Made by a program: the position numbers and the translations under genes. The notes under the pieces were generated by a model. It made no database searches, was not told the origin of the DNA, and worked only from the letters and a program-made list of their open reading frames with translations. Shown here in pieces: positions 45,345 to 59,597 of a stretch of DNA of 64,000 nt; within the stretch, counting starts at the first letter, position 1, and each line of letters begins with the position of its first letter. This DNA is from Bugula neritina (lineage: Eukaryota > Animalia > Bryozoa), in assembly GCA_964035545.1 (NCBI GenBank), contig OZ037769.1, positions 17,638,633 to 17,702,632 of the forward strand, written 5' to 3'.

Positions 45345-45999
45345 ATTACACACAGATATTACACGGATATTATACACATATATTACAAGGATATTACAAG
45401 GATATTACACACATATATTACCAGGACATTACAAAATATTACACACAGATGTTACAAGGATAAGACAAGACTACTACATTTATGATTGTGTATTTAAAGC
45501 AAGTAGTTGTGATTACTAGAAGCTCTTTCATTAGAATTCACGTATCAGTACTGTTATTGCTTCATCAGTCTTTAATACTACTTCTAATAAATTCCTGTGT
45601 TACAGCTTTAGTTTGTTATAGCAATGATATAATTATGTCAGTCATACAACTTCTTCCCTTTTTGAAAAGGGAGAAATTAATAGTCAACATTTAGGAAAGG
45701 GAGGGAAATAGTTTCTTTAAGTCACCTATTCAATTTCTTTATGTCTCTTTGCGATGTTAATTTGTGTTTCTCTTTTTGATAGTTAATTTAGCATAGTCTA
45801 TCTTCTTTTCCTGTTTATTTTGCCCTAAACATGATTTAAAAAGCTGCTTAAATTAAGGGGACAAATTTTTAAAAATATTTGATTGCTACATCTATGTTTT
45901 CCCTTCATTAGATTCTGAAACTTGAAGCACTAAAATTAGTGTACATTTTCTTTGCTGCATACAGATCACTGATTTGGTAATGCCATTGGAACCTTCAGG

Positions 46000-46110
46000 G
46001 TGATGATGAGTCATGAAATATAACACATGACGCAGCAATAGTCACGTGATCAGTTACAGACGACTGAGCACGTGATCAGTTACAGGCGACTGAGCACGCC
46101 TGCTGCGCTG
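46000..46110 (+). promoter_or_regulatory. Promoter-like cluster: TGAGTCA (AP-1), TGACGCA, two CACGTG E-boxes in a duplicated 26-bp unit
   Basis: CpG-containing island just upstream of first donor aag|gtaatc; the paralog at ~58250-58345 keeps TCACGTGA and TGAGTCA and adds CCAAT and GCATGCGC. Confidence 0.45.
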
Positions 46111-49100
46111 TCATTAGTAAGTTGCTCAACTGAAACTGTCATTGCACGAAGGTAATCCTTTATAATTTAGCATTTTATTTAATATTTTTTACTAACCTTT
46201 TACTGACTGTTAATTTGTATTTATTCATAGGCTTGGAATTCACATTGAATATTGTATTTAATTGATAGGTTACTACCCATTTCTAGTCAATTTGATTCTG
46301 CAGTCATTTGAGCAGATGCAACTGCAAGGCTTATAATAAATTTCAATTTAGCTTAGCTTCAAGTTGGCTTAATTTCAACATAACATAATTTACCCTGTTC
46401 TTCTCTGGTCTGTTGAACTAAACTACAAAATCAATACTATATGAATAATAGTATAATTGAAATCAAATGTTTTAATTTTTTTCACTGTAACCTTACCAGT
46501 ACAATCAAGTTGAACTTATGCCCAATGGTTTAATTTGTTTGACTTTATTTTAGTTACATACTCATTATGGTCATAAGCATTCCTTGAAATTGACAAGTTG
46601 AATATTTAGTTTAAGCTGCTGTAACTATAAAAAACAAGTTATATTTCTTATTTGAAGAAATCTCTTTCTTGGTTCTGTAGACTATGTTGAAGTTATCATG
46701 GTACAATTTTCAATACTCTAGATTTTAGAGCCTATGAGATGTCCCATACATGTCTGTCATCATTTATTCAACAATTTTAATTCATCAAATGTGTTTTGTT
46801 TTTTAGAATGTCTCCAAGCAGCTCAGATATTCACACATTAGAGAACATATGGTCTACACCAGGAAGATAGGATCTAGCCAACTGTGGTCAGTTCTGAGAG
46901 CCCCATCTTGGTTATAATTAGGTATTTATTATTTATGATAACTTACTGTGTTTTCAATTTTACAGGATTATAAGGAAAGAATTATCTTGTACTTCTTGTA
47001 TTTTTCTTGATAACTGATGTCCATAATTCATGTATATCTATTTCAGTTTGAAGTAGTGAAAAAGTTATGTTTTTTTCATTATTTTAGTCTTGTTAACTCC
47101 AAGTTTTGTGGAATTGTTCAAGTTAATCACTTGTAGTCAGTAGACTAGTATCTCAGCTCTGCAAACATTCACTATTAGCTAATTAAAATGAAATGTTTTA
47201 TATATTAAGGTAGTTTAGAATATTCCTTGTCTGTTTTGTAGTTGTGTTTGACCACATGCAGATAGAAGCTATACCTTGCTATCAAGACCAGTTTTATATC
47301 CATGAGATGCTCACAAGCCACATGTAGCAGTTGTCTTCTCTCTGTGTTTGATTCATCAAAACTTTTCATCAGTTCAGGTTTGTGTCTAAATGAATTGTTT
47401 ATTGTAACAATATTTACTCTTTCCCTGTGTTATGTGCTATTAGGTTTTAGCATTCATAAAGCTACTACCAGTGCATGGCAATGAGGTGAACTCAGTTGAC
47501 CCATATCTGCTCCTTAGTAGTTTTATTCTAGCTCCTAGGGGATAGCTACTCTCATAAATGATGTTAGATTCAGCTTTTTCTACCTTCCCTTGGACAAAGT
47601 TTGATTTAAGATAAGCATAACAAGCGTTACTACTCAAACACTGAAGCATGTGCTTTTGATCAAAGTTGCAATATAATTGTATAAAGTGTAGAATATATAA
47701 CTTTGTAAAGTTGTGCACATGGAACTGTATAGAGATGATGATTAAAATGCAACTGTGTGAGTGTGGTACATGAAATATTCATACTATATGTTCTGTTAGC
47801 TATGAACTCCACTCTTGATTGATTTTGCAGTGTAACACTTGGCTGTTTTTCTGCTTTTAGTTTTAAAAAATTATGGCTGTTTATTTCATTCAAGAATTTC
47901 CAAACATGTTTCTAATAAAAGTTAAAACAGCCCATTGTAAAGGCTCTTGCAAACCTTACCCTAGCTTTAGCTATGTATGTAACCTTCCTGGCTCAAACCC
48001 AGTGTTGGTTTGTTTCACTTACAGGTTACTGATGGCTGCTTCATAATATTCTTTCTGGATGGTTTGGTATTAGTTGGAGTTGTTTGATCTCTACTTGACC
48101 TGAACTATTTTCAGACTGAGGTGAACTACATACTACTCTATTTGAAGTGTGAGGTTAGCCGGTTATTATACTTTTTGCATGTCTAATTTTTCAGTAGTGT
48201 GTTGGAATTTTTGCATCTGTATCAGCTGTGATGAAAAGTAGACTTAATTTCTGTCAACATAAAACATATTATAGCCAGGAGAATATAAGCTCAGTAGAAG
48301 TGAAATTATATGCATCTTATCCTTGTTTGTCTGAATGCCAATACAAAATTTGACCCAAGAGATGAGAAATCAGCACATGATTAGAATTTTATTTTAAGAT
48401 TTTACTTTTTATGGTAATGAAATCATTGCCTTCATTGAACACCATCAATAAGTAATTTATTTGACTTTGGAGCTGTTTAAGCTGTTTCATGTAAATGCTA
48501 GCAGCAAACCTCATTCCAACTAAATGAGCACTCTTCAATCATATTTGTTATTTTGTCAATTTATTGCTAGCCGTGTGAAAACCTCTTATTAAATAATATA
48601 AGTTTACATAGTGCTATGCTTGCTTGTGGTAAGAAAATGAAGTCTGGTTTTCATTTTAGATATTTTATTATGGTTCTGTCAGCAAATCATGTTTTTTATT
48701 TAAATAATTATGACATTCTTCTATACATCTATACATAAATAAGAATATGAATTTTCTTTTGTACTTCTCCATTTTGCTTCTGTTGCTTTCTTTACCACTG
48801 TTATATAAATTAAGCATTTTATTTCATTGTTTTTCATGATAAGCGACTCTGCTTAATTATAGGCTGCTTTCTTCTTACAGTAACTGGTGTGATGGTCACA
48901 TGGTCAGCTACTGGACAACCAACCAATTGGGTATAAAGTTCGACAAAGTCATTCTAGATTATTCTTCACATGTGTCAGCTGGATGAGCTATATGGAGGTA
49001 ATTCCTGTTGTTTTCAATATATTATAGAGATATTCATTGTAGCAGTCTAAAAAAAGTAGCAAAGTGAAAACAGTTACATCATAAGTTGTAAATGAAGTTG

Positions 49101-50317
49101 CAAGAAGCAAGCGTAAAGATAGGTGAAAATACTGGGTTGTTATACCAGTCAAAAAGGCCAGCTATATTGTAGTAGCCATAATTAATGTGGAAAAATCGTA
49201 ATATAGCTTGCATAGCTGTAATAATACATGAAAAGCTATAATGCATTTAATCACAATTCAACCAGTAAACAGTTTCAAACTTTTCATCGAGTTGTATTTA
49301 CAAGAAGTACTAATAAAAGTTGCACTAAGGTTAAACTGATATATTTTTTTACTTCTCTGTGAGTGGATATGACTTGGATGTTTTATGTGCCTTAACTTTA
49401 CCTGATTATACATACCTGTGGTGGTTGATGTCTACTTTTATATCATAATTATATATTTAGTTTGTTTTACCCTATCAGCTAAATATTCCAATTTTAAATT
49501 AATATAGGGAATAGGTTTTAGCAGTGGCAGCTTAATTCTGCTAAAGTCTCACATAACTTAACTATATACCTCTGGTATTATGCATTATACAATGTACTTA
49601 TTTTCTGTAGTCTCTAAAACTAGTTTTTGATGCTTCAACTAAATTTGGTTGCTTTAAAGTCACTTTTATTGTGGATGTCTGCTTTGATTTCTCTATATAA
49701 TTATTGGTGTGCCATGCATGGGTTTTAAAGCTGTAAACACTGTTTTACGTTTCACAAAATATATATTGTTGTATCCTATATTATCATGATGTTAGTTATA
49801 AAAAAATTTCACTTGTCAAAAAGTGGTAATTTGTATAATTGATAGTCATGAAAGGGGGGGGGGGAATTCATGTGTTATATAATTCTACTGCACTATAAGG
49901 GAGAAAATATGTTGTCCGTATCAACTATCCTGTATAACCCATTGGCTGTTGAAATTTGGGCATACATGCTTTTACAGATACACTGTATAAGGCTTGAAAG
50001 TTGTTGGGACACTACATGAGCAGGGAAAGCTTTTGTTGAATCATTACAGCTTTAGTTGTATTAACATAGCTATGTTAGCTACATTAGGCTATGTTAGCTA
50101 CATTAGGCTATGTTAGCTACATTAGGCTATGGTAGCTACATTATGTTTTTCTCTGTTGTGTTATTTGCTTATGTACAGCTATTTTGGCTATTCCAGAAAA
50201 AAGCTCTTTTCTAGACTAATATAAACCCTGCACTTTCAGCTCTCTCTTCATTCAGTCTTTGGAAATGCACATCTCTTTTAAAGTAACGGGAACTAACTTG
50301 AGAGTTGGTTGTTTTAG

Positions 50318-50631
50318 AAATGCTCACCTTTCATCTGAAGGATTTAAAGCGCCAAAGGCTTACAGTTCATGCAGGCTAATATATAAGGTAAGTTTCATTT
50401 TTCATTTATTGGTGCACACAATTTATTTGATGAAGAATAGTTAATAAATTCAGTTTGATACAAAGTTGTTTGTGGATTAGGTGTTATTTATGTTCAACAA
50501 TTGCTATGGCCATAATAAAAATAGGAAATGTTAGTTTTGAAGTATTGAGTTTACATAACTACCATCTCTAAATTGTGTTTTAGGATAGAATTACCCGTGG
50601 GGTGGATACCAGGGCTACACAATATACTGTG
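50318..50631 (+). pseudogene. PSMB7: PSMB7 (proteasome beta-2) pseudogene fragment, two exons, catalytic Thr region deleted
   Basis: (R)NAHLSSEGFKAPKAYS----SCRLIYK | DRITRGVDTRATQYTV; 12 nt shorter than the paralog at the TGTT site. Confidence 0.85.
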
Positions 50632-51885
50632 TGTCAGTTTGAGACGGAGGGAACACGCCAGTGAGGACTACAGCTCTCGTCTCTACCCCTTCACCTGTGC
50701 TAGAAGTGGTGAGACAGTACTGGTCCTATAAATACTACTAGGCATGGTGAGACAATGATATACACCTACTTATAATTTTCTTTCTTGAACAAGAACAGGC
50801 CATTCCACCACTGGTAGTTATTGCTAGAACGTTTTTGGCTATGTAGCAGGCTACAATAGTTAGCTATTAAGCCATTAGAGAATAGCCTTTATTTTAAGCT
50901 ATTTATAGCAAGCAGATGACAAATACAATTAGTAATCAGTATTCTATTATAAGGCATAGACCCATAAGGAGTGACCCACAAGGTAGCTATTTTGTATTGC
51001 ATTATATTCAAATTTTGTTCTTTTGATAGTTTATAGTGTTGTAGCTTCACTGAATGATATTTCTTGTATTTATGTTTTTTATTGCAGTCAGTTGGTCATG
51101 AGTGTATTATATAGTTGACATTGTTTAATAGGTTTCACTGTTAGTAAAGGTTAGTCACCTAGAAATAAAGATGCAATTCAGTGGCAAATGAGCATCAGAC
51201 TCTACTTGGTCTTGAGAATGAAAATTTAATATACTGTTGCAAGAACGCTCACCAACGGAGCTGGTGGAGACTGTCATAATTTAATATATTATTCTGTTTG
51301 TAGGGGCGCTGGCCAATATCAATCAATTCCTCAAGAGTCCCTGCCTGCTGCACATAGGTTGCGACATCAACTCAGCAGATGTTTTTTATGTCAGCCAATC
51401 AGATATGCTGGAGTGAGGCACAAATATATTGCACCGTTGAGCCCTAGCAGGTGTCTTGTACCATTATTTCTAAGTCTGACATGTGTTCACAGGTGCCTTA
51501 TGTCTCAGGAGATATGTTGACATGAGCTCACAAGTCTTCTTTTACATTGTTATGTACCAATGCTATAGTAAATATTTTATACTAATTTAAGTCTTTTTGT
51601 ATACATTTTATCCATGCGTTAGTGTGCAACAATAAACTGATGACTATACTATTTTCACCAAGTTTTTTTGATATACCCATTTCTAGGATGTAATTTATCC
51701 AATGTATTAGGCTTGCCTTATTATATTACATGCATGATATTCATTATTACAAGAATTTTTATGTTTTTTTACATGTATTTTATTTGATTACAAATGCAAC
51801 AATAAATACTACGGTGGCAGGTGGCTCCCTTTGTGCAAAATGGCTCTTTCTATTACTTTTCTTGTCTGCAAAGAAAAACCAAAAT

Positions 51886-51986
51886 AGTCTCAGTCTCAGT
51901 CTCAGTCTCAGTCTCAGTCTCAGTCTCAGTCTCAGTCTCAGTCTCAGTCTCAGTCTCAGTCTCAGTCTCAGTCTCAGTCTCAGTCT
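51886..51986. repeat. (AGTCTC)n hexanucleotide microsatellite
   Basis: Directly visible, ~16 perfect units. Confidence 0.98.
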
Positions 51987-52090
51987 TATACATATACATA
52001 TACATATACAAAAAAGGAAAAAACTGCTTTGACATGCAAAAGTGAACAGAGAAGTGCATTGTGGAAAAGGTTGATAAACACTGCACTAAC

Positions 52091-52847
52091 CTCTCTCCTG
52101 TTTGCTTTGTCGTAAGGACTGATGTAATGTTTGTGTTGTCAACTCAGAGGTCCATGTGGGAACCTGGGCCCAGGTCATTGGGTATTCCAACACCAGCTTA
52201 ACCTGGCTCAACCTACAAAAGTTTCAAGACTTTAGAGCGGAAAGCAAACCGGAGTACAACAAATTTGTTCCGAAAGAGAAAAGTGAACTGCTTTAAGAGG
52301 ACAGCAAACAGGACAATAAAGAGAAGAGAACAGGAAAACAAAGTTACTAGAATGATTTCAAGCACTTACATGTTCAGTTTCTATTCATTCTCAAAGATGG
52401 CCATAGCAATTAGGGAGCAGGACATTACGGTACGTACGTCAGAGGATCCATGAGAGCATATGGTGGAGAGTTTGGGGCCTGTAGGGTCCACTCCAAGAAG
52501 TAGAAACTAAAGACAGCATGCCAGCTTATCAACAGTATCTTCTGTAGCCCTGGTATCCATGCCCAGGATAACTCCATCCTAAAATATAAGTTGTGTAAAC
52601 TCAATACTTTGCAACTAACAATTCCTATTTTTATTATGGCCCTAACAATTGTTGAACAATAATAGCAAACACCTAATCCACAAACAACTTTGTCTCAAAC
52701 TGAATTTATTAACTATTTTTTAACAAATAAATTATGTGCATCAAAAAATGAAAAATGAAACTTACCTTATATATTATCCCACATATAGTCGTGCCAGTAC
52801 TGTAACCTTTTGGTGCTGTAAAACCTTTAGATGAAAGATGAGCATTT
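52091..52847 (-). pseudogene. PSMB7: PSMB7 pseudogene fragment with introns (exons 52847-52766, 52578-52370, 52212-52091)
   Basis: (R)[27 protein letters not shown] | DGVILGMDTRATEDTV..[deletion]..LGVDPTGPKLSTICSHGSSD..SLIAMAIFEN | GIPNDLGPGSHMDL..YISPYDKAN matches the known beta-2 motifs TGTTIxG, DGxxLGADTRAT, GVDxTGPxLxxIxPHGSxD and NDLGSGSNxDL; in-frame stops and deletions. Confidence 0.92.
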
Positions 52848-55800
52848 CTAAAACAACCAACTCTCAAGATAATTCCTGTTGCTTGAAGAGAGATGTGCGT
52901 TCCCAAAGACTGAATGAAGAGAGAGCTGAAAGTGCAGGGTTTATATCAGTCTAGAAAATAGCTTTTTTCTGAAATAGCCAACATAGCTGCACACAAGCAA
53001 ATAACACAACAGAGGAAAACATACTGTAGCTAACATAGCCTAATGTAGCTAACATAGCCTAATGTAGCTAACATAGCTATGTTAATACAATCAAAGCTGT
53101 AATGATTCAACAAAAGCTTTCCATGCTCATGTAATGCCCAAACAATTTTTATGCCTTACAGTGTACCTGTAAAAGCACGTATGCCCAAATGTCAACAGCG
53201 AACAGGTTATGCAGAATAGATAATGTGGACAACATATTTTCTCCCTTATAGTGCAGTAGAAATATGTAACACAGGAGTTACCAACCTTTCCCTAATATTC
53301 CCCCTTTCATGAATATTTACTATTAATTTCCCCCTTTTGACAAACTGTGAAAATTTTTTATAACTGGCATCATGATAATATAGGATACAACAATATACAT
53401 TATATGAAAAGTGAAGCAGTATTTACAGCTCTAAATCCTGCATGGCACACTAACAACTATCAAGACAAACATCCACAATAAAAGTGACTTTAAAAACAAC
53501 AAAATTTAGTTGAAGCATCAATAACCAGTTTTAGAGACTATAGAGAATAAGAACATTGTATATAATGCATAGTACCAGAGGCATATAGTTTAAATGTGAG
53601 ACTTTGGCAGAATTTGGCTGCTACTGGTAAAACCCATTCCCTAGTAATTTAAAATTGGAATATTCAGCTGATTGGGGTAAAATAATATAATTATGATATA
53701 AAAGTAGACATCAACCACCAAGGGTATGTATAATCAGGTTAAGATAAACCGCATAAAACTTCCAGGCCATACCAACTTATAGAGAAGCAAAATAGTACTC
53801 CATGAAAAGTTTGAAACTGTTTACTGGTAAAATTGTGATAAATTAAAAATTTCCGAATAATTTTATAAGTAGTTTAATCAAGGATTCATGTTATACTTCA
53901 TAGGAATTGTTGGAACTTTACATAAGTTGGGAAAGCTTTTCCCTAATGCATTATAGCTTTTCATGTATTATTACAGCTATGCAAGCTATATTACAATTTT
54001 CTGACACTCATTACGGCTACTAAACAATAGCTGACTTTTTTGACTGGTATAACAACCCAGTATTTTCATCTATCTTTACGCTTGTGTCTTGCAACTACGC
54101 TTACAACTTATGATGTAAAGGCTTTTACATCGATACTTTCTTTTAGACTGCTACAATAAATATCTCTATAATATATTAAAAACAACAGGAATTACCTCCA
54201 TATAGCTCATCCAGCTGACCCATGTGAAGAATAATCTAGAATGACTTTGTCCAACTTTATACCCAATTGGTTGGTTGTCTAGTAGCTGACCATCTGACCA
54301 TCACAGCAGTTACTGCAAGAAGAAAGCAGTCTATAATTATGTGGTGTTGCATATCATGAAAAACAATGAAATAAAATACTAAATATAACTTATTTTATAA
54401 AACATTATTGAAGAAAGCAACAAAAGTAAAAATGGAGAACAACAGGGGGGGGGGGAATTCACATTTTTTATTGATGTATAGGTGTACAGAAGAGTGTCAC
54501 ACTTGATTAATTTAAAAAAATGATTTGTTGAAAGAGCCATAACCAAAAATCAAAATTGAAAGCCTGACTTGTTTTCTTACCACAAGCAAACATAGCACTA
54601 TGTAAACTTATATTTTTTAATAAGAGGTTTTCACACATTCAGCAATAAATTGACAGAACAAGAAATATGATTGAAAAGTGCTCATTTAGATGGAATGAGA
54701 TTTGGTAGTATTTACAAGGTCCAAAATCAAATGAATTACTTATTGATGGTTTTCAATGAATGCAATGAATGTATTAACATGAAAGTAAAATCCTAAAATA
54801 AAATTCCAATCATGTGCTGATTTTTCATCTCTTCAGTCAAGTTTTGTATGGAGCTAGGGTAAGGTTGGCAAGAGCTATTACAATAGGCTGTTTTAACTTT
54901 CATTAGAAATGCATATGGCAATTCTTGAATGAAATAAACAGCTAAAACTTTTAAAGCTAAATATAACGGCAGAAAAACAGCCAAGTGTTACGGTAGAATT
55001 AATCAACAGTGGACTTCATAGCTAACAGGACATATAGTATCAGTATTTTATGTGCCGAACAGTACAGTTTCCTTTTAATCATCACTCTATAGTACAGTTC
55101 TATGTGCACAACTTCCCAAAGTTATATATTCTACACCTTACACAATTATATTGCAACTTTTATCAAAAGCACATGCTTCAGTGTTTGAGTAGTAACGCTT
55201 GTTATGCTTATCCTAAATCATACTTTGTCCAAGGGAAGGTAGAAAAAGCTGAATCTAACATCATTTATGAGAGTAGCTATCTCCTGGTAGTAGCTTTATG
55301 AATGCTAAAACCTACTAGCACATAACACAGGGAAAGAGCAAATATTGTTACAATAAACAATTCATTTAGACACAAACCTGAATGGATGAACAGTTTCGGT
55401 GAACCTAACACAGAGAGAAGACAACTTCTACATGTCGGCTTGTGAGCATCTCATGGATATAAAACCGGTCTTGATAGCAAGAGAACTTTTATCTGCATGT
55501 GGTTAAACACAACTACAAAACAGACAATAAATATTCTAAACTACCTTAATATATAAAACATTTTATTTTAATTAGCTAATAGTAAATGTTTGCAGAGCTG
55601 AGATACTAGTCTACTGACTACAAGTGATTAACTTGAACAAATTCACAAGACTTGGAGTTAACAAGACTAAAATAATAAATAAACCATAACATTTTTACTA
55701 CCAGTTCAAACAGAAATAGATATACATGAATTATAGACATCAGTTATCAAGAAGAATACAAGAAGCACAAGATAATTCTTCCAATACATCGTGTAAAACT

Positions 55801-57062
55801 AGTAAAATTGAAACCACAGAGAAAATTATTGTAAATAATAAATACCTAATTATAACCAAAATGGGGCTCACAGAACTGACCACAGCTGGCTAGGTCCTAT
55901 CTTCCTGGTGTAGACCATATGTTCTCTAATGTGTGAATATCTGAGCTGCTCGGAGACATTCTAAAAAACAAAACACATTTGACAAATTGAAGTTGTTGAA
56001 TAAATGATGACAGACATGTATGAGACAAATTATAGACTGTGAAATCTAGAGTATGGGAAATTTGTATCATGATAAAATCAACTTAGTCTACAGAACCAGG
56101 AAAGACACTTCTTTGAATCAAAAACTTTTTCAGTTGAAACAACGTAAACTGAATATTCCACTTTTTAATTTCAAGGAATGATTATGACTATAATATGAGT
56201 ATGTAACTGAAATAAAGTCAAAGAAATTGAATTATTGGGTAGGAGTTAAAATTTATTGCACAGTTATGGCTATTTTGAAAAGGAAAGTTGATTTCAATTA
56301 TTAGCCATACAGTACAGAGTAGCAAATCAATGAATTAAAATCATAAGCTTGTACATGTGGTGAGCAAAGCAACAGCCGCACTATTACAGAAAGGTCATTG
56401 TAAAATGTTAGTGTAAATATTTGTGTGAAGTTTAATACTCCTGCAGAGGGCTTGATATAGAATCACAAAAAATATGTCTAATGATCATATATCACAACAG
56501 AATACCGTAATTATTAAAACATCATTATATTAATATATAAATTAACCATCCCTTCAGTGTGGATAACAATTAATTAAGGCAAGCAGATAAAATCAAGCTG
56601 AAGACAGGTTTATTGTAAAATGAAAAATTTATAGAACGAAAATGGAAAAAAAACTGCAAACACTGAAATAAAAATAAAATATGATACAAGCAAAAATGGC
56701 TTGGCATATTATATAATTAGTGGTAGGTACAGCAGCACCAATATTATGCTTAGACAAGAAATTATCCCAAAGGATAAATTTTCAATAAACTAAAGAAATG
56801 AGCACTGACTCACTGCATCAACTATTAGCTAGAAAACCTTACATCAAACTAAAAGCAGTATAACAGCTAGGGTGCTAAAATGTATAGCTCACTATTTGTA
56901 GTATTACTAACATTATTATTCCTAGTATATTGATTTTGTGGTTTAGTTCAACAAACCAGAGGAGAACAGGGTAAAATTGTTACCTTGAAATCAAGCCAAT
57001 TCAAAGCCAAGCTAAATTGAGATTTATTATATAAGCCTTGCAGCTGCATTTACTCAATTGAG
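52091..57062 (-). repeat. Copy B1 of duplicated unit (inverted relative to copy A)
   Basis: Collinear reverse-complement match to ~46305-50620, e.g. gtgtagaccatatgttctctaatgtgtgaatatctgag. Confidence 0.9.
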
Positions 57063-57484
57063 TGCTTTAAATATTTGTTTTTGTTTTTGGAAATTTTTTA
57101 AAAGTTCTTAAACTTGTTCATTGAGCTAAAACATATAAAACACTATAAATTAAGCTCATGAATTACAACCATGTTCAGTGCCAGTGAGATGCACAGAATA
57201 AAACGTGTCCATCATTGAAACTGTAATTAAATCAAGTTTATGTTGATAATCAAATAAAGTTTGTTCAATTAAACAATTTATTTGTTCAATTAAACAATTT
57301 ATTTATAATTTTTATTATAAATCTTTAGTGAAAACATGTAACAAAGGGCAAAAAACTGGGTGAAATCATCCGCAACTACCCTCTGTAAACATATAGTAAT
57401 ATGAGGCACGCCTCCTACCGATAAGTAGCATAATGGTGGACAACGCCCTAAAATCGCCGCTCTCATATCGATCATCTCAGGGCT

Positions 57485-58960
57485 GAGGCTGACAAGAGCT
57501 TTTACAATAGGCTGTTTTAACTTTTATTAGAAACATGTTTGGCAATTTTTGAATGATATTAACAGCTACAACTTTTAAAACAAAATAAAACGACAGAAAA
57601 GCAGCTATGTGTTAAGGTAGTGTTAATCAACAGTGGATTTCATAGCTAATAGGAGCAGATATAGGTCAACTGAGCTCACCTAACTGCCTAGCACTGGAAG
57701 TTTTACTAATTCCTCCAAGGGTTGGTAGTGAAGGTTAGACAACACAAACTTAATGAAAGGAAGAGTTAATATTGTAGCAGTAAGCAATTCATTTAAACAC
57801 AAACCTGAACTGATGAAAAGTTTTGATGAATCAAGCGCAGAGAGAAGTCAACTTCTACGTGTTGGCTTGTGAGCATCTCATGGATATAAAACTGGTCTTG
57901 ATATCAAGGTATAGCTTCTATCTGCATGTGGTTAAACACAACTACAAAACAGAAAATTGAAATTTATTATAACTATAATTATAAGCCTTGCAGTTGCATT
58001 TACTCAAATGACTGCAGTATCAAATTGACTAGAAATGGGTAGCAGCAGTCTATCAATTAAATAAAATAATCAATGTGAATTCCAAGCCTATGAATAAATA
58101 CAGATCAACAACCAGTAAACTAAAAGATAACGTTGGTAAAAAGTTATTAAATGACATGCTAAACAAAGGTTTACCTTGGTAAGATGACCAAACAATTTCA
58201 GTTACACGAACATTCACTATGAAGAGCAATTTACTACAATGACAGTGCAGCAGACGTGCTCAGTCATCCGTAACCAATCACTGCTCAGTCGTCTGTAACT
58301 GATCACGTGATTATTGGGGCATGCGCTATATCTCATGACTCACTTCCAATGGTGTTAGCAATTCAGTGCAATCTGTATGCAGCAAAAAGAGCAATACTAA
58401 TTTTGGTGCCTAAGATTCTATGAGGCTTCAAGTTACAGAATATAATGAAGGGAAAACAGAGATGTAGCAATCAAATACTTTTAAAAATTTGTCCTCTTTA
58501 TGCAGCATTATCAATCATGCTTAGGGCAAAATAAACAGGAAAAGATATCACTACTAAATTAACCATTAAGAAAACAAAAAACAATTTAATGACCCAAAAA
58601 GACATAAAGAAATTGAACAGGTGAGCTCAAGAAACTGCTTGTTCTAGAAGCCATTCAGGTAAATGATGAAAATGAGTGTTGCAACTTGGTGTTTTGATTT
58701 TTGGAATTTTTATGGAGCTTTATCATTCTTTAAACCATTCACCTTTAAATCACTAATTTCTGTTATTGAATGCAACTAGATATTAGCATGAGGTTAGGGA
58801 CCTACAGCAAAAGGCCAGGGTTTTGCTTGCCCTTGCTTAGTCACAACTCTGACTACTGTTTGCAGGTAAACATTGAAATACTTGTTCACATGTGTTGGGG
58901 CAGGTCATGGTCATGAATTACTAGACATTCTGTATAGCATTAAGTTTACTATAAGATGTG
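57485..58960 (-). repeat. Copy B2: promoter/5' part plus deleted internal segment
   Basis: Reverse-complement matches to 45715-46330 and parts of 47230-47960. Confidence 0.8.
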
Positions 58961-59597
58961 TATACTGCGTCACTGCCTGATGAAACAACACTTGTCAATA
59001 ATAATTTTAAATAGCATGATTCTTAGGATGAGGAGAATTTTTACTTAATGCAATCTCATATTTCTAAACACTTATAGTTCTCAATAATTTAAATGTATAC
59101 TGAAAATACATCAAACTTAAATATTTGGTAAATAATAGTAAGAGAAGTAGAGGCTATGATATAACAACAGAGAACAATTAAAGGACTGGAGAAAATAATG
59201 AGTTGAAATAAAACATACCACGGACAGATAAAGATGAGGCTTACAGGGATGGAAGAATAACACAGAGAGAAAAAGAGTACAGGTTGCTGTTCCTCTGCCC
59301 ATTCTGTAACACAAAAAATAGTAAATAAACTTGTTCAAAATACAATAGAAAAAAGGAAGCAATAAAAACATCACCTGTAGAATTTTTTCTATCAAATTGA
59401 CAAACTTATTAGCAAATTCCAAGCATTCGGAAAACCCTCAACACTATGCTAACACTGTATAGGAGTATATATTATATATAAAGTTTCCAACTGGTTAAAT
59501 AATTGAACCAACATCAAAATTCTCTACTCGTATTATACAGATGTGTGATATAAGTAGGAAATCTAGTAACCTAATGAGTTTAGTATAAAACAGTATA

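Larger units (their letters stand above)
45715..51650 (+). other. Copy A of a duplicated chimeric multi-exon unit (non-coding or pseudogenic); candidate exons ..-46151, 46807-46921, 47242-47377, 48025-48120, 48881-48997, 50318-50387, 50584-50746, 51304-~51650
   Basis: Series of polypyrimidine-AG/GT bounded islands, a promoter-like region upstream and AATAAA at ~51631; the shared 5' exons contain stops; homologous to three minus-strand copies downstream. Confidence 0.6.

Noticed and set aside
47440-47718. Conserved ~90-120 aa ORF (..KVEKAESNIIYESSYPLG..) in three copies
   Set aside because: Similarity is explained by recent DNA duplication; starts and ends differ, one copy has a deletion, and no family was recognised.
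46150-50300. snoRNA host gene interpretation of the spliced non-coding cassette
   Set aside because: RTGATGA words at ~47735 and ~48228 lack a well-placed CTGA with terminal stem or are not kept across copies. An Infernal/Rfam scan would settle it.
51730-52086. (SL)n, (SV)n, (ET)n ORFs
   Set aside because: Translations of the (AGTCTC)n microsatellite.
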